A program made the position numbers and the translations under genes. 64,000 nucleotides of DNA, taken from positions 28,336-92,335 of the forward strand of contig JACPCR010000061.1 of assembly GCA_016179685.1 (NCBI GenBank), read 5' to 3'. This document shows positions 29,701 through 38,622 of the stretch, one piece after another. Source of the stretch: Planctomycetota bacterium. Its GTDB lineage: Bacteria; Planctomycetota; PUPC01; JACPCR01. Each line of letters starts with the position of its first letter. Position 1 is the first letter of the stretch. Below the pieces are notes generated by a model. The model was given only the letters and a program-made list of their open reading frames with translations, made no database searches and was not told where the DNA came from.

Positions 29701-30756
29701 ATGTCGATGGATGGGCTGAATGAACTGGGTGAGCGGATTCTGGCGGGCGGCGAGCCCGCCACGGAAGAAGAGGCCGTTCAAATCCTGGAGGCGGACCCTT
29801 CGGAGGTGTTCGAGCTGGCGGCCTGGGCGAACCGCATTCGCAAGCAATTCAAGGGTGACAAGGTCCACCTCTGTGCCATCATCAACGCCAAGTCGGGAGG
29901 CTGTCCGGAAGACTGCACCTTTTGCGCCCAGTCGGCCCATTACGACACCGGGGTGCAGCGCCACAATTTTCTGGGCCGGGAGGAGGTGCTTCGCGCCGCC
30001 CGCGATGCCCGCATGAGCGGAGCCCAGGCTCTCGGCATCGTCACCGCCTGGCGCGGCCTCAAGGACGGACCCGTGCTCGATGAGGTCTGCCAGCGCATCC
30101 GCGAACTGGCAGAAAGCGGGATAGTGCGGGCCGACGCGTCCCTCGGCATCATCGAGAGTCCGGAGGTGGCCCAACGACTGAAGGACTCGGGCCTGCACTG
30201 TTACAACCACAACTTGGAGACCGCCCGGAGCCACTTTCCCAACATCTGTTCCACGCATACCTTCGACGATCGCATCCGGACCATTCACCATCTCAAAACT
30301 GCCGGCCTAAAGGTCTGTTCCGGTGGGATTTTCGGGATGGGTGAGACGGTCCGGCAGCGCGTCGAATTGGCGCTGGAGCTCCGCCGGCTCGACGTCGACA
30401 TCGTGCCGCTCAACTTCCTGCACCGCATTGTTGGCACGCCCCAGGAGAAGAACGAGCCCTTGCCGCCCCTCGAAATCCTCAAGACCATTGCGATGTTTCG
30501 CTTCGTGCTTCCGCGCAAGGAGATCATGATCGCCGGCGGACGCGAAGTGAATCTCCGGGACCTTCAGAGCCTCATCTTTCATGCGGGCGCCAGCGCCCTC
30601 ATGGTGGGGAACTACCTGACGACCCAGGGCCGCGGCGCCCGCGCCGATCTCCAGATGCTCAAAGACCTGGGACTCGACCCGAAGTGGCCCGGATGGGACC
30701 ACGACGGCGAGGCGGCTCGTGAGGCCGGCGTGGCGCTGGCCGCCACACCGACGTAA
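29701..30756 (+). CDS. bioB: Biotin synthase with atypical auxiliary-cluster ligands
   Basis: NAKSGGCPEDCTFCAQS, YNHNLET, VCSGGI.GMGE, VPLNFL and GNYLTT motifs. Confidence 0.92.
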   Translation: MSMDGLNELGERILAGGEPATEEEAVQILEADPSEVFELAAWANRIRKQFKGDKVHLCAIINAKSGGCPEDCTFCAQSAHYDTGVQRHNFLGREEVLRAARDARMSGAQALGIVTAWRGLKDGPVLDEVCQRIRELAESGIVRADASLGIIESPEVAQRLKDSGLHCYNHNLETARSHFPNICSTHTFDDRIRTIHHLKTAGLKVCSGGIFGMGETVRQRVELALELRRLDVDIVPLNFLHRIVGTPQEKNEPLPPLEILKTIAMFRFVLPRKEIMIAGGREVNLRDLQSLIFHAGASALMVGNYLTTQGRGARADLQMLKDLGLDPKWPGWDHDGEAAREAGVALAATPT

Positions 30757-30791
30757 GTTCTTCGTTGCTCGAGCACAGAAATCCGCCCACC

Positions 30792-31184
30792 ATGTCCGAT
30801 ACGCCACAACCTGCCAGCGGCAGGAGAATTCTCGTCATCGCCGAGATGTTCTTCGCCTCCAAGCTCAAGGGCGAGGTCCAAAAGGCCGGTTACGAGTACG
30901 TGCCCGCAGCGGCCGAGAAATCGGCCCTCGAGAAGGCGGGGTCCCTCAGGCCCGACGCCATTGTGCTCGATCTCGCCAAGACACGATTCGACGTGCCCGG
31001 CTTCCTCTCGCGCCTGCGAGCCGAACCGGAGCTCTCCGCCATCCCCGTGATCGGCTTCAGCGGCCATCTCGACACCCAGCGGATGCAGGAAGGACAAGAG
31101 AAGGGCTGTACCCTGGTCGTCAGCAACGGCCAAATCACCGGAAATTTTCCCTCGGTCCTTCAGAAGGCGCTCCCGAAAGGTTGA
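30792..31184 (+). CDS. Stand-alone atypical receiver (response regulator-like) protein
   Basis: RILVI, PDAIVLDL and IPVIGFSGH receiver pattern; the conserved Lys is absent. Confidence 0.7.
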   Translation: MSDTPQPASGRRILVIAEMFFASKLKGEVQKAGYEYVPAAAEKSALEKAGSLRPDAIVLDLAKTRFDVPGFLSRLRAEPELSAIPVIGFSGHLDTQRMQEGQEKGCTLVVSNGQITGNFPSVLQKALPKG

Positions 31185-31346
31185 TGGAGCGCCAGAATTC
31201 GACCTTCACGATCAACGGTCCGCAGGGAAACCGCCTGGCGAAACGCCGAAAACACCCTCTCCATCACCTCTTCCGGAAACGTGGGGATTGCCTTCCGCCG
31301 GATGAAACGATGCTCTGCGTCGGCAAGGAAGTTTCCATGATCCGGT

Positions 31347-32411
31347 TCACGCATGCTTCGCCCGCAATCGGGATGCGGCCGCACACATGGCCTTCAGTTT
31401 CAGATACGCCTCGTCCAGGTCCATCGGATTCTGCACCGAAGGTGCGAAGCCACAGTCGGGATGAAGAACGATGCGCTCGCGCCCCACATATTTCATCGCC
31501 TCCTCGACGCGCGTGACGATCTCGTCCGGCGTCTCGACTCGGCGTTCACAGTGATCGACACAGCCGAGCCCGAGGCGTGTACCGGGGGGAAAGTGCGCGA
31601 GGGAATGCAAGCCCCCGGCGACCGGGGTGGCGTATTCCATGCAGATCATGCCCACCCGTATCCTGGCCAGTGCCGGCAGGATGAGATCATAGGGGCCCTC
31701 GCTTCCGTGGCGATGGTCGAAGTGCGCGTGGCAGAGGTGCATCGCGGTGTCGATACCGGTCACGCCGTCCAGTGTCTCGTTGACCATGTCGGCACAGAGG
31801 TCCATCTCGTAGTGCGTATCTTCGATGCCCTCTTTTTTCCGGAACTTCGGATCGACCAGGACGCTCAGCCACGGCTCATCGAGCTGGACGGTATCGGCTC
31901 CGGCGTCCTTTACCGCCTCGATCTCGCGCCGGAGAATGGGCACACAGGCCCGCATCAGTTTCTCGCGGGTCGGGTAGGCGGACCGGGAATAGTCCGGATG
32001 CCACATGCGCCGGCCGATGATGTAGGGCGAGGGTAGCGTCGCCTTAACACGGCGGTCCGTACGGCCGCGGACGAAGCGGACCTCCTCCGCGGCGATGGGC
32101 CGGTAGTACTCGAGGGGCGACACGGCCGCGGGATAGGGGATGCCCCCGCTCGGGTTCAAATCCTTCTGGAATCCGCGGACACGCTCTGCAAAAACCTTGA
32201 CGTAGCTCTCACGCCTCCACTCGCCGTCCGTGATCTCATCCAGACCCGCCCGCTCCTGCAAGGCAATCGCCAGCGGAATCGCCTGGTCGAGCCGCTCATC
32301 CGCGTCCCGCTCCGAGATTTTCCCGTCCTTGCGATCCAGGATCAGGTCGCGCAGCCACGCGAGACGCGGCAGGCTGCCAATGACGGTCGTGGGGAAAAGC
32401 ACATCAGACAT
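31347..32411 (-). CDS. Cobalamin-independent methionine synthase II family protein (MetE C-terminal-like)
   Basis: TTVIGSLPR, TDGEWRR, QLDEP, Zn ligands HLC / MEY / PDCGF. Confidence 0.88.
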   Translation of the reverse strand: MSDVLFPTTVIGSLPRLAWLRDLILDRKDGKISERDADERLDQAIPLAIALQERAGLDEITDGEWRRESYVKVFAERVRGFQKDLNPSGGIPYPAAVSPLEYYRPIAAEEVRFVRGRTDRRVKATLPSPYIIGRRMWHPDYSRSAYPTREKLMRACVPILRREIEAVKDAGADTVQLDEPWLSVLVDPKFRKKEGIEDTHYEMDLCADMVNETLDGVTGIDTAMHLCHAHFDHRHGSEGPYDLILPALARIRVGMICMEYATPVAGGLHSLAHFPPGTRLGLGCVDHCERRVETPDEIVTRVEEAMKYVGRERIVLHPDCGFAPSVQNPMDLDEAYLKLKAMCAAASRLRAKHA

Positions 32412-32588
32412 TGGGTATCCTCCATGCAGGTGTTCATGCCCCATGGGCATGAGAAATCCTTCGATCCCGACGCCCGCTACGCGACGGCCCCGAGAAACTT
32501 GAATGAGACCACCATGTCCCCCTTTTTTCAACCCCCCGCACGCCAGCGAAAACGGGAAGAGCCGGGAAGCCGCGGCAGGATCCAAGAA

Positions 32589-32616
32589 CCATCTTGAGCC
32601 AATCCTATCAAGATGG
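32589..32616. promoter_or_regulatory. Operator-like palindrome between divergent metE-like and uxuA genes
   Basis: CCATCTTGA-N10-TCAAGATGG, just upstream of TTGACA (32635). Confidence 0.45.
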
Positions 32617-32714
32617 AACGGCATCGCTTCGCGATTGACATTCCGAGATTGAGAAGATACACGAGGGGCTACAGGTGTTGCGCCTCCGCAGAATCCCGCT
32701 GGGGGGCTTTTGAC

Positions 32715-32762
32715 TCGTACGCCGGAACGGGAGGCATTGGGGCATCCCGTTCCGGCGTACGA
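32715..32762. repeat. 48-bp palindrome abutting the uxuA1 RBS (variant, different loop)
   Basis: TCGTACGCCGGAACGGGAGGC-ATTGGG-GCATCCCGTTCCGGCGTACGA; 20/21 bp stem. Confidence 0.8.
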
Positions 32763-32775
32763 AGGAGTTCATTTC

Positions 32776-33798
32776 ATGAAGCTCGGCCTCGGTCTTTATA
32801 CCAGCATGTTCACGGACGACAACCTCCGTTTCGCCCGTCAGCTCGGGGTGACTCATCTCGTCGCGCATCTGCCGTTCCCTCCGGGCGACGGCGTGTGGGA
32901 ATTCCTCGATATGCTTCGGCTGAAGAAGTACGCCAATTCCTTCGGTCTGGAGCTGGAGGCCTTCGAGAATTTCCATCCCGCCCATTGGCACAAAATCCTG
33001 CTGGACCTGCCCGGCAAGGAGGTCCAGATGGAAAACCTGAAAACGACGATCCGGAACATGGGCAGGGCTGGCATTCCGGTCATGGGCTACTATTTCAGCC
33101 TTGCCGGGGTCTGGGGCCACTGGCGGGCCGGCAACAACAACACGGGCGGCCGCGGAGGCGCCGGCATCAAGAGCTTCGATTACGACCTCGTCCGTGACGC
33201 TCCCTTCATCCGTCTGGGCGAGGTCTGGGGCGGCTGGAAGGTCGATGAGCATGCCACGCCCGGCACCCTCGGCGAAGTCTCCCAGGAAGTCCTCTGGGAG
33301 CGCTTCCGCTACTTTCTGGAAAACCTCGTTCCCGCCGCCGAGGAGTCTGGCGTCAGACTGGCGGCGCACCCGGACGACCCGCCCGTTCCGGTGCTGCGCG
33401 GCGTCGGCCGACTCCTCACCAGCCATGAAGGTTACAAGAGGCTGATCGAGATGAAACCGAGCCCATCGAATGCGCTCGAGTTCTGCCAGGGCACGGTCGC
33501 GGAGATGGGGCAGGACATCTACGAGGCCATCCGCTACTTCGGCTCGAGGGGAAAAATCGCCTACGTCCATTTCCGAAACGTCCGCGGGGATTTTCCGAAC
33601 CGGTTCGACGAGGTCTTTATCGACGAGGGCGACGTGGATATGGTCCGGGCGATGCGGGCCTACCAGGAGGTGGGATACGATGGGGTGTTGATCCCGGACC
33701 ACACGCCGCACGTCACCTGTCCGGCGTCCTGGCACGCCGGGATGGCCTATGCGCTCGGCTACATGCGGGCCTGCTTGCAGCACCTGGGGGCCGCGTGA
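32776..33798 (+). CDS. uxuA: Mannonate dehydratase family protein, paralog 1
   Basis: HPDDPP, EFCQGT, YVHFRNV, DEGDVDM and PDHTP motifs; AAGGAG RBS. Confidence 0.88.
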   Translation: MKLGLGLYTSMFTDDNLRFARQLGVTHLVAHLPFPPGDGVWEFLDMLRLKKYANSFGLELEAFENFHPAHWHKILLDLPGKEVQMENLKTTIRNMGRAGIPVMGYYFSLAGVWGHWRAGNNNTGGRGGAGIKSFDYDLVRDAPFIRLGEVWGGWKVDEHATPGTLGEVSQEVLWERFRYFLENLVPAAEESGVRLAAHPDDPPVPVLRGVGRLLTSHEGYKRLIEMKPSPSNALEFCQGTVAEMGQDIYEAIRYFGSRGKIAYVHFRNVRGDFPNRFDEVFIDEGDVDMVRAMRAYQEVGYDGVLIPDHTPHVTCPASWHAGMAYALGYMRACLQHLGAA

Positions 33799-33845
33799 GG
33801 ACACTCGCCCCATCCCATTTCCGGGACCTCTAAGAGGCAGCAGCC

Positions 33846-34199
33846 ATGGGACTCACTTATATCGAAGGAGTGGTGGCCGGGCCCACCGGAAGACGAAGGA
33901 CGTTGGAATTCCTTGTTGACAGTGGCGCCATGTACTCTTTATTGCCCCACAAGGATTGGAAATCGATCCGGTTGGCTCCCAAACGGTCCATGGTCTTCAC
34001 CTTGGCTGACGGCACGAAAATAGAGCGCCGAATCTCGGAATGTCATATGGCTCTGCCACAAGGGGAAGGCCACACCCCTGTTATTCTTGGCGAACCCGGC
34101 GATGAGGCTCTTCTCGGAGTGGTCACGCTGGAAAACTTGGGCCTTGTCTTGAATCCTTTTAATCGGACCCTACAACCCATGCGCATGCTGCTGGTATAG
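33846..34199 (+). CDS. Small clan AA (retropepsin-like, AF_0612-type) aspartic protease
   Basis: FLVDSGA, LADG and LLGVVTLENLGL motifs. Confidence 0.85.
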   Translation: MGLTYIEGVVAGPTGRRRTLEFLVDSGAMYSLLPHKDWKSIRLAPKRSMVFTLADGTKIERRISECHMALPQGEGHTPVILGEPGDEALLGVVTLENLGLVLNPFNRTLQPMRMLLV

Positions 34200-34200
34200 C

Positions 34201-34248
34201 CCGTATCCCTGTTCAGAAGCGCGGGTGCACTTCTGAACAGGGATACGA
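34201..34248. repeat. 48-bp palindrome, copy B (inverted orientation)
   Basis: CGTATCCCTGTTCAGAAGCGC-GGGT-GCACTTCTGAACAGGGATACG; 20/21 bp stem. Confidence 0.85.
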
Positions 34249-34327
34249 GGGAAGATGCGGCGCGGGTCCGCCCGGGGCACCCGGACTTGCAGCCTCTGAA
34301 TTTCCATCCCGTCGAAGGAGTTTACCC

Positions 34328-35350
34328 ATGAAACTGGGACTCGGCCTCTACCCGAGCATTCTGACGGACGACAACCTCAAGTTCGCCCGCCAGCTCAGCG
34401 TGACTCACATCGTCGCCTGGATGCCCCTTCCCGTGGGCAACGGCGTCTGGGAGTTCGCTGACCTGCTCCGTCTGAAGAAGTACATCAACTCTTTCGGGCT
34501 GGAGCTGGACGCCCTCGAGAATTTCCAACCTGCCCACTGGGACAAGATTCTCCTGGACCGACCCGGCAAGGAGGCGCAGATGGAGAACCTGAAGGCGACC
34601 ATCCGCAACCTGGGCAAGGTCGGCATTCCCATCATGGGTTACTATTTCAGCCTCGCGGGGGTGTGGGGGCACTGGCGGTCCGGCAGCAACAACTCGGCCG
34701 GCCGCGGCGGAGCAGGCCTGACCAGTTTCGATTACGACTTGGTGAAGGATGCTCCACTGATTCCCAAAGGCGAGGCCTGGTGCGGCTGGAAGGTGGAGGC
34801 GGACCCTGAGCCGGGCACGATCGGCGAAGTGGCCCACGCGGAGATGTGGGAGCGCCTCCGCTACTTTCTGGAGAGCCTCGTTCCCGTCGCCGAGGAGGCC
34901 GGCGTACGGCTCGCGGCGCACCCGGACGACCCGCCCGTGCCGGTGCTGCGCGGCACCGCGCGTCTTTTGACGTGCCATGAGAACTACAGGCGTCTGATCG
35001 AGATGAAGCCGAGCCCGTCGAACGCGCTCGAGTTCTGCCAGGGAACCGTCGCGGAGATGGGGCAAGACACCTACGAGGCCATCCGCTACTTCGGCTCAAG
35101 AAAGAAAATCGCTTACGTCCACTTCCGCAACGTCCGCGGGGACTTCCCGAACCGGTTCGACGAGGTCTTCATCGACGAGGGCGACGTGGACATGGTCCTG
35201 GCGATGCGGGCCTATCTGGAGGTGGGATACGATGGGGTGCTGATCCCGGACCATTCGCCGCACGTGACCTGTCAGTCGCCCTGGCACGCCGGGATGGCCT
35301 ACGCCCTCGGCTACATGCGGGCCTGCATGCAGTTCCTGGGCGTGAAATGA
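34328..35350 (+). CDS. uxuA: Mannonate dehydratase family protein, paralog 2
   Basis: Same motifs and same length (340 aa) as paralog 1. Confidence 0.88.
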   Translation: MKLGLGLYPSILTDDNLKFARQLSVTHIVAWMPLPVGNGVWEFADLLRLKKYINSFGLELDALENFQPAHWDKILLDRPGKEAQMENLKATIRNLGKVGIPIMGYYFSLAGVWGHWRSGSNNSAGRGGAGLTSFDYDLVKDAPLIPKGEAWCGWKVEADPEPGTIGEVAHAEMWERLRYFLESLVPVAEEAGVRLAAHPDDPPVPVLRGTARLLTCHENYRRLIEMKPSPSNALEFCQGTVAEMGQDTYEAIRYFGSRKKIAYVHFRNVRGDFPNRFDEVFIDEGDVDMVLAMRAYLEVGYDGVLIPDHSPHVTCQSPWHAGMAYALGYMRACMQFLGVK

Positions 35351-35360
35351 GCGCGCGGTC

Positions 35361-36533
35361 ATGAAAATCTCAGACGTTCGATGTCACCTGATGAGCGTGC
35401 CCAGGCCCGACGGGCCCGGCGCCTGCCGCAACTGGCTCTTCGTCGAGGTGGAAACGGATGCTGGCCTGACGGGGCTCGGCGAGGCCACAACGGAATACCA
35501 CGAGCTGGCCGTGAAGGCCCAGATCGAAGCCGAGCTGCGGCCGAGGCTGCTCGGGATGAATCCGGCAGAGATCGAACGCATCTGGCAGATGGGATACCGT
35601 GAATTCTGGTGGCGGCGCGGGGTCGTCCATACCAGCGCCTTCAGCGGCGTGGACATGGCGTTATGGGACATTGCTGGCAAGGCGGCGGGCCTGCCCGTTT
35701 TCCAGCTCCTGGGCGGCAAGGTTCGTGAAACGGTCCGCCTCTATATCCGATACGGACCCGAATTCTACGGCGTTGACCGCGACACCGCGGCACACCGATG
35801 CCGCGCCATGGGCTTTGATGCCTTCAAACACGGCTGGGGCACGCCCACCCGGCCCTACGACGGCGACCGGCAGGTCGAAGTCTCTATCGCCGAGAACGCC
35901 CGCTTTCGCGAGCTGCTCGGGCCGGAGGTGGCCCTGATGGTGGACGCCGCTGGAATGTTCTCGCCGCAGCAGGCCCACCGCCTCCTCGAGCAGCTCCGCC
36001 CCCTCCGGCCGCTATTCGTCGAGGAACCCACCGCCCAGGACACGGTCGAGCCAACGCTCCGGCTCAAGCGCTCGTTTCCCGACGTCCTGCTGGCGCTCGG
36101 GGAGCGGATGATGACGCGGTGGGATTTCCGCCCCTGGTTCGAGCCGCAGGCCATCGACGTCTGCCAGGCCGACATTTGCCATACCGGCGGGATCAGCGAA
36201 TTGGTGAAAATCGCACATTTCGCCGAGATCTATGGAATCCAGATGGCGCCCCATAATCCTTATGGCCCCGTGGCGCTCGCCGCCTGCGCACACGCCTGTG
36301 CCGCCATGCAGAACTTCCTCATCCTGGAATACTGCCCGATCCAGCCCTGGTTCGACCAGGTGCAGGCCCTGAAGGTCCCGGTCCACCAAGGCCGCGTGGA
36401 TATGAACGAACTGGGGCGGCGGCCCGGACTCGGCGTGGAGCTGGACCGGGAGATCGTCGCCTCCCGCGCCGGCTGCATCCGTCTGGCGTGGAATCGGGCC
36501 ACGACGGCGGACGGTTCCACGCCGTTGCTTTAG
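35361..36533 (+). CDS. Mandelate racemase / galactonate dehydratase-like enolase superfamily enzyme
   Basis: ETDAGLTGLGE, DMALWDIAGK, metal ligands MVD / VEEP / LGER, APHNP. Confidence 0.88.
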   Translation: MKISDVRCHLMSVPRPDGPGACRNWLFVEVETDAGLTGLGEATTEYHELAVKAQIEAELRPRLLGMNPAEIERIWQMGYREFWWRRGVVHTSAFSGVDMALWDIAGKAAGLPVFQLLGGKVRETVRLYIRYGPEFYGVDRDTAAHRCRAMGFDAFKHGWGTPTRPYDGDRQVEVSIAENARFRELLGPEVALMVDAAGMFSPQQAHRLLEQLRPLRPLFVEEPTAQDTVEPTLRLKRSFPDVLLALGERMMTRWDFRPWFEPQAIDVCQADICHTGGISELVKIAHFAEIYGIQMAPHNPYGPVALAACAHACAAMQNFLILEYCPIQPWFDQVQALKVPVHQGRVDMNELGRRPGLGVELDREIVASRAGCIRLAWNRATTADGSTPLL

Positions 36534-36578
36534 CATATGCGTACGGCAATGCACCCTTACTTCTGTACGCGTGCACGA
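36531..36578. repeat. Degenerate 48-bp palindrome, copy F
   Basis: TAGCATATGCGTACGGCAATGC-ACCC-TTACTTCTGTACGCGTGCACGA; begins on the TAG stop of the upstream gene. Confidence 0.5.
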
Positions 36579-36607
36579 GTTGAATCGAGATGGCTCTTGG
36601 AGAAGAC

Positions 36608-36730
36608 ATGAGGCATCGCCGGTTGCGTTTCGGCCTGGTCGGAGCAGGCGATTTCGGACCCGAGCTGGCGCGATACCTGGCGGAAGTCGCCGATGTGGTC
36701 GCGGTGGCCGATCCAAGCCCCGAGGCACGG
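36608..36730 (+). pseudogene. N-terminal fragment of a Gfo/Idh/MocA oxidoreductase
   Basis: MRHRRLRFGLVGAGDFG...VVAVADPSPEAR Rossmann start; similarity is lost thereafter. Confidence 0.7.
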
Positions 36731-37443
36731 TCGAAATCTTCGCCCGGACCGAGGGCCGTTGCCTGGGCCAGGCCGTGGACGCGGAGGGCAGCCTCCACGC
36801 CGCGCATGTGCCGGGCAACGTGCTGCGGATCACACCTCGGGGCGACATCCACACCTATGCGACCGGCCCCGGCGGCCGAAAATTCCTCTGTGCGAATTAC
36901 CCGGCCTTCGACCGCAAGGGATGGATGTATCTTTCGGACAGCGGCGACTGGTCCGACACGATCAACGGGGCCATTTACAAAATCCCGCCCGGCGGTGGCG
37001 AAGCCAGGCCATGGTTTCCGGAGGCCGTAAACACGCCGAACGCCATCGCGCTGGACGCGGACGAGAAATACCTCTATTACGTAGAGACCTATGGTCCCGG
37101 CATCTGCCGCATCGAGGTCCGGCCCGATGGGGCGGCGGGCCGCCACGAGCGAGTCGTTCACATGCCCGGCTGGGTTCCCGACGGCATCGCCTGGGACACC
37201 GAGGAGCGCCTCTGGATCGCCTGCCACCGGCCTGACGCCATTTATGTGTTCGACTTGCGAAGCCGCAAGCTGGACCTCTTCGCCCACGACTGGAGGGGAG
37301 AGGCGCTGCGGGGGCCAACGGACGTGGCCTTCGCTGGGGCCGAACGGAACATCCTGCTCGCCTCCTCGCTGGACAACCTCGTGATCCACCGGTTCGGCGA
37401 CGTGGGTGCCCGCGGGCTGCCCCTCAACCATCCCAAGTGGTGA
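36724..37443 (+). pseudogene. 5'-truncated SMP-30/gluconolactonase family gene
   Basis: ANYPAFD...YLSDSG, PNAIAL, PDGIAWD and PTDVAF propeller motifs; no plausible own N-terminus. Confidence 0.7.
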
Positions 37444-37536
37444 GCCCCAACCCGATGGCCTACTGAGAATCAGGTCTGCACGGCTCTGCCGGGCACTCGC
37501 TTCCCACCGGGAATGAAGCCGCGGTAAAATAACCCC

Positions 37537-38511
37537 ATGCGCCAACAGCCATACAGCTTCGGCTTTGCCGACACCCTCCTGGCAGAGGTCGGCGGGGTCT
37601 CGCTCGGCGCCCTCCATCACGACGTGGACGCCATCTGCCGGAGCTACGACGCCATTCGGACCGTGGCTGACCGCATGGGAGTGCCGGCGCCTCGGCCGAG
37701 GCTGGCCGGCTTTGCCTATCCCCATGTTTCCACCCTGGGTGCGCGGATCGCCTGGGTGGCCGATTCCGAGCCGAAGCCTTTGCCGGTCATCCGCACGCCC
37801 GAGGATATCGACCGGCTGGCCGAGCCGGAGGATTATCTGAACAGCGGCGTCGTGCCGGAACGGCTGCACACCTTGGAACGGCTGTTGGGACGGCGTCCGG
37901 ACGCGGGCAGAGGGATCGGCCACACCTATGAAGGCCCCGTGACGACCGCCGTATTGCTCATGGGACCGGCCTTTTTCACGCTTCCTTACGACGACCCGAT
38001 TCGAGCGCATCAGCTTCTGGGCTTCTGTGTTCGAAGCGCTTTGAACTATGCGCGAGCGATCCGAGAGCATTTTGGCGGCGGAGATGAGCCCCGGCCGGTG
38101 GGCATACCCGACGATTTCGCCGGGATTTTCAGCCCGGCGCTGTTTGCCGATTTTGTTGTGCCCTACTGGAATCAGATGTACGAGGGACAGCGAGCCACGA
38201 AACGTTACTTGCACAGTGAGTTGCTTCGAAGCGAGCACCTGGCGTTCCTGTCGGGCCTCAAGATTGACCTGTTCGACCCCTCAGCGGACCAATACGTGAC
38301 AGCGGAACTCCTCCGGCATTCTTGCCCCGTGCCGTTCACCTCGCGGATTCTGACCTATCACGTTCGGCATCGGACGCCGGAGGAATTGCAGGCCCTATAC
38401 CGGCATCTGGCCGGATTCGATCCCGTGTCGATCGATTTCCATCAGTGGACGCTGGAGGAAGAGCCAAAGATGCTGGCGCTCCTCGAGGTGGCCCGTCAAT
38501 TGGACCGGTAA
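37537..38511 (+). CDS. Uroporphyrinogen decarboxylase / MtaA-like family protein
   Basis: EGPVTTAVLLMG, PDD..GIFSP.LF..FVVPY and LHS motifs. Confidence 0.72.
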   Translation: MRQQPYSFGFADTLLAEVGGVSLGALHHDVDAICRSYDAIRTVADRMGVPAPRPRLAGFAYPHVSTLGARIAWVADSEPKPLPVIRTPEDIDRLAEPEDYLNSGVVPERLHTLERLLGRRPDAGRGIGHTYEGPVTTAVLLMGPAFFTLPYDDPIRAHQLLGFCVRSALNYARAIREHFGGGDEPRPVGIPDDFAGIFSPALFADFVVPYWNQMYEGQRATKRYLHSELLRSEHLAFLSGLKIDLFDPSADQYVTAELLRHSCPVPFTSRILTYHVRHRTPEELQALYRHLAGFDPVSIDFHQWTLEEEPKMLALLEVARQLDR

Positions 38512-38622
38512 TCGCGGGGCACCCTTTCCGGTGTATGGAATACCGCACCGTTCAGGACCATGCGGGAATTGGCAAAGTTCCGATAGAGGGACCGTTCATC
38601 AGACTTGTGAGGCGCGATCAGC

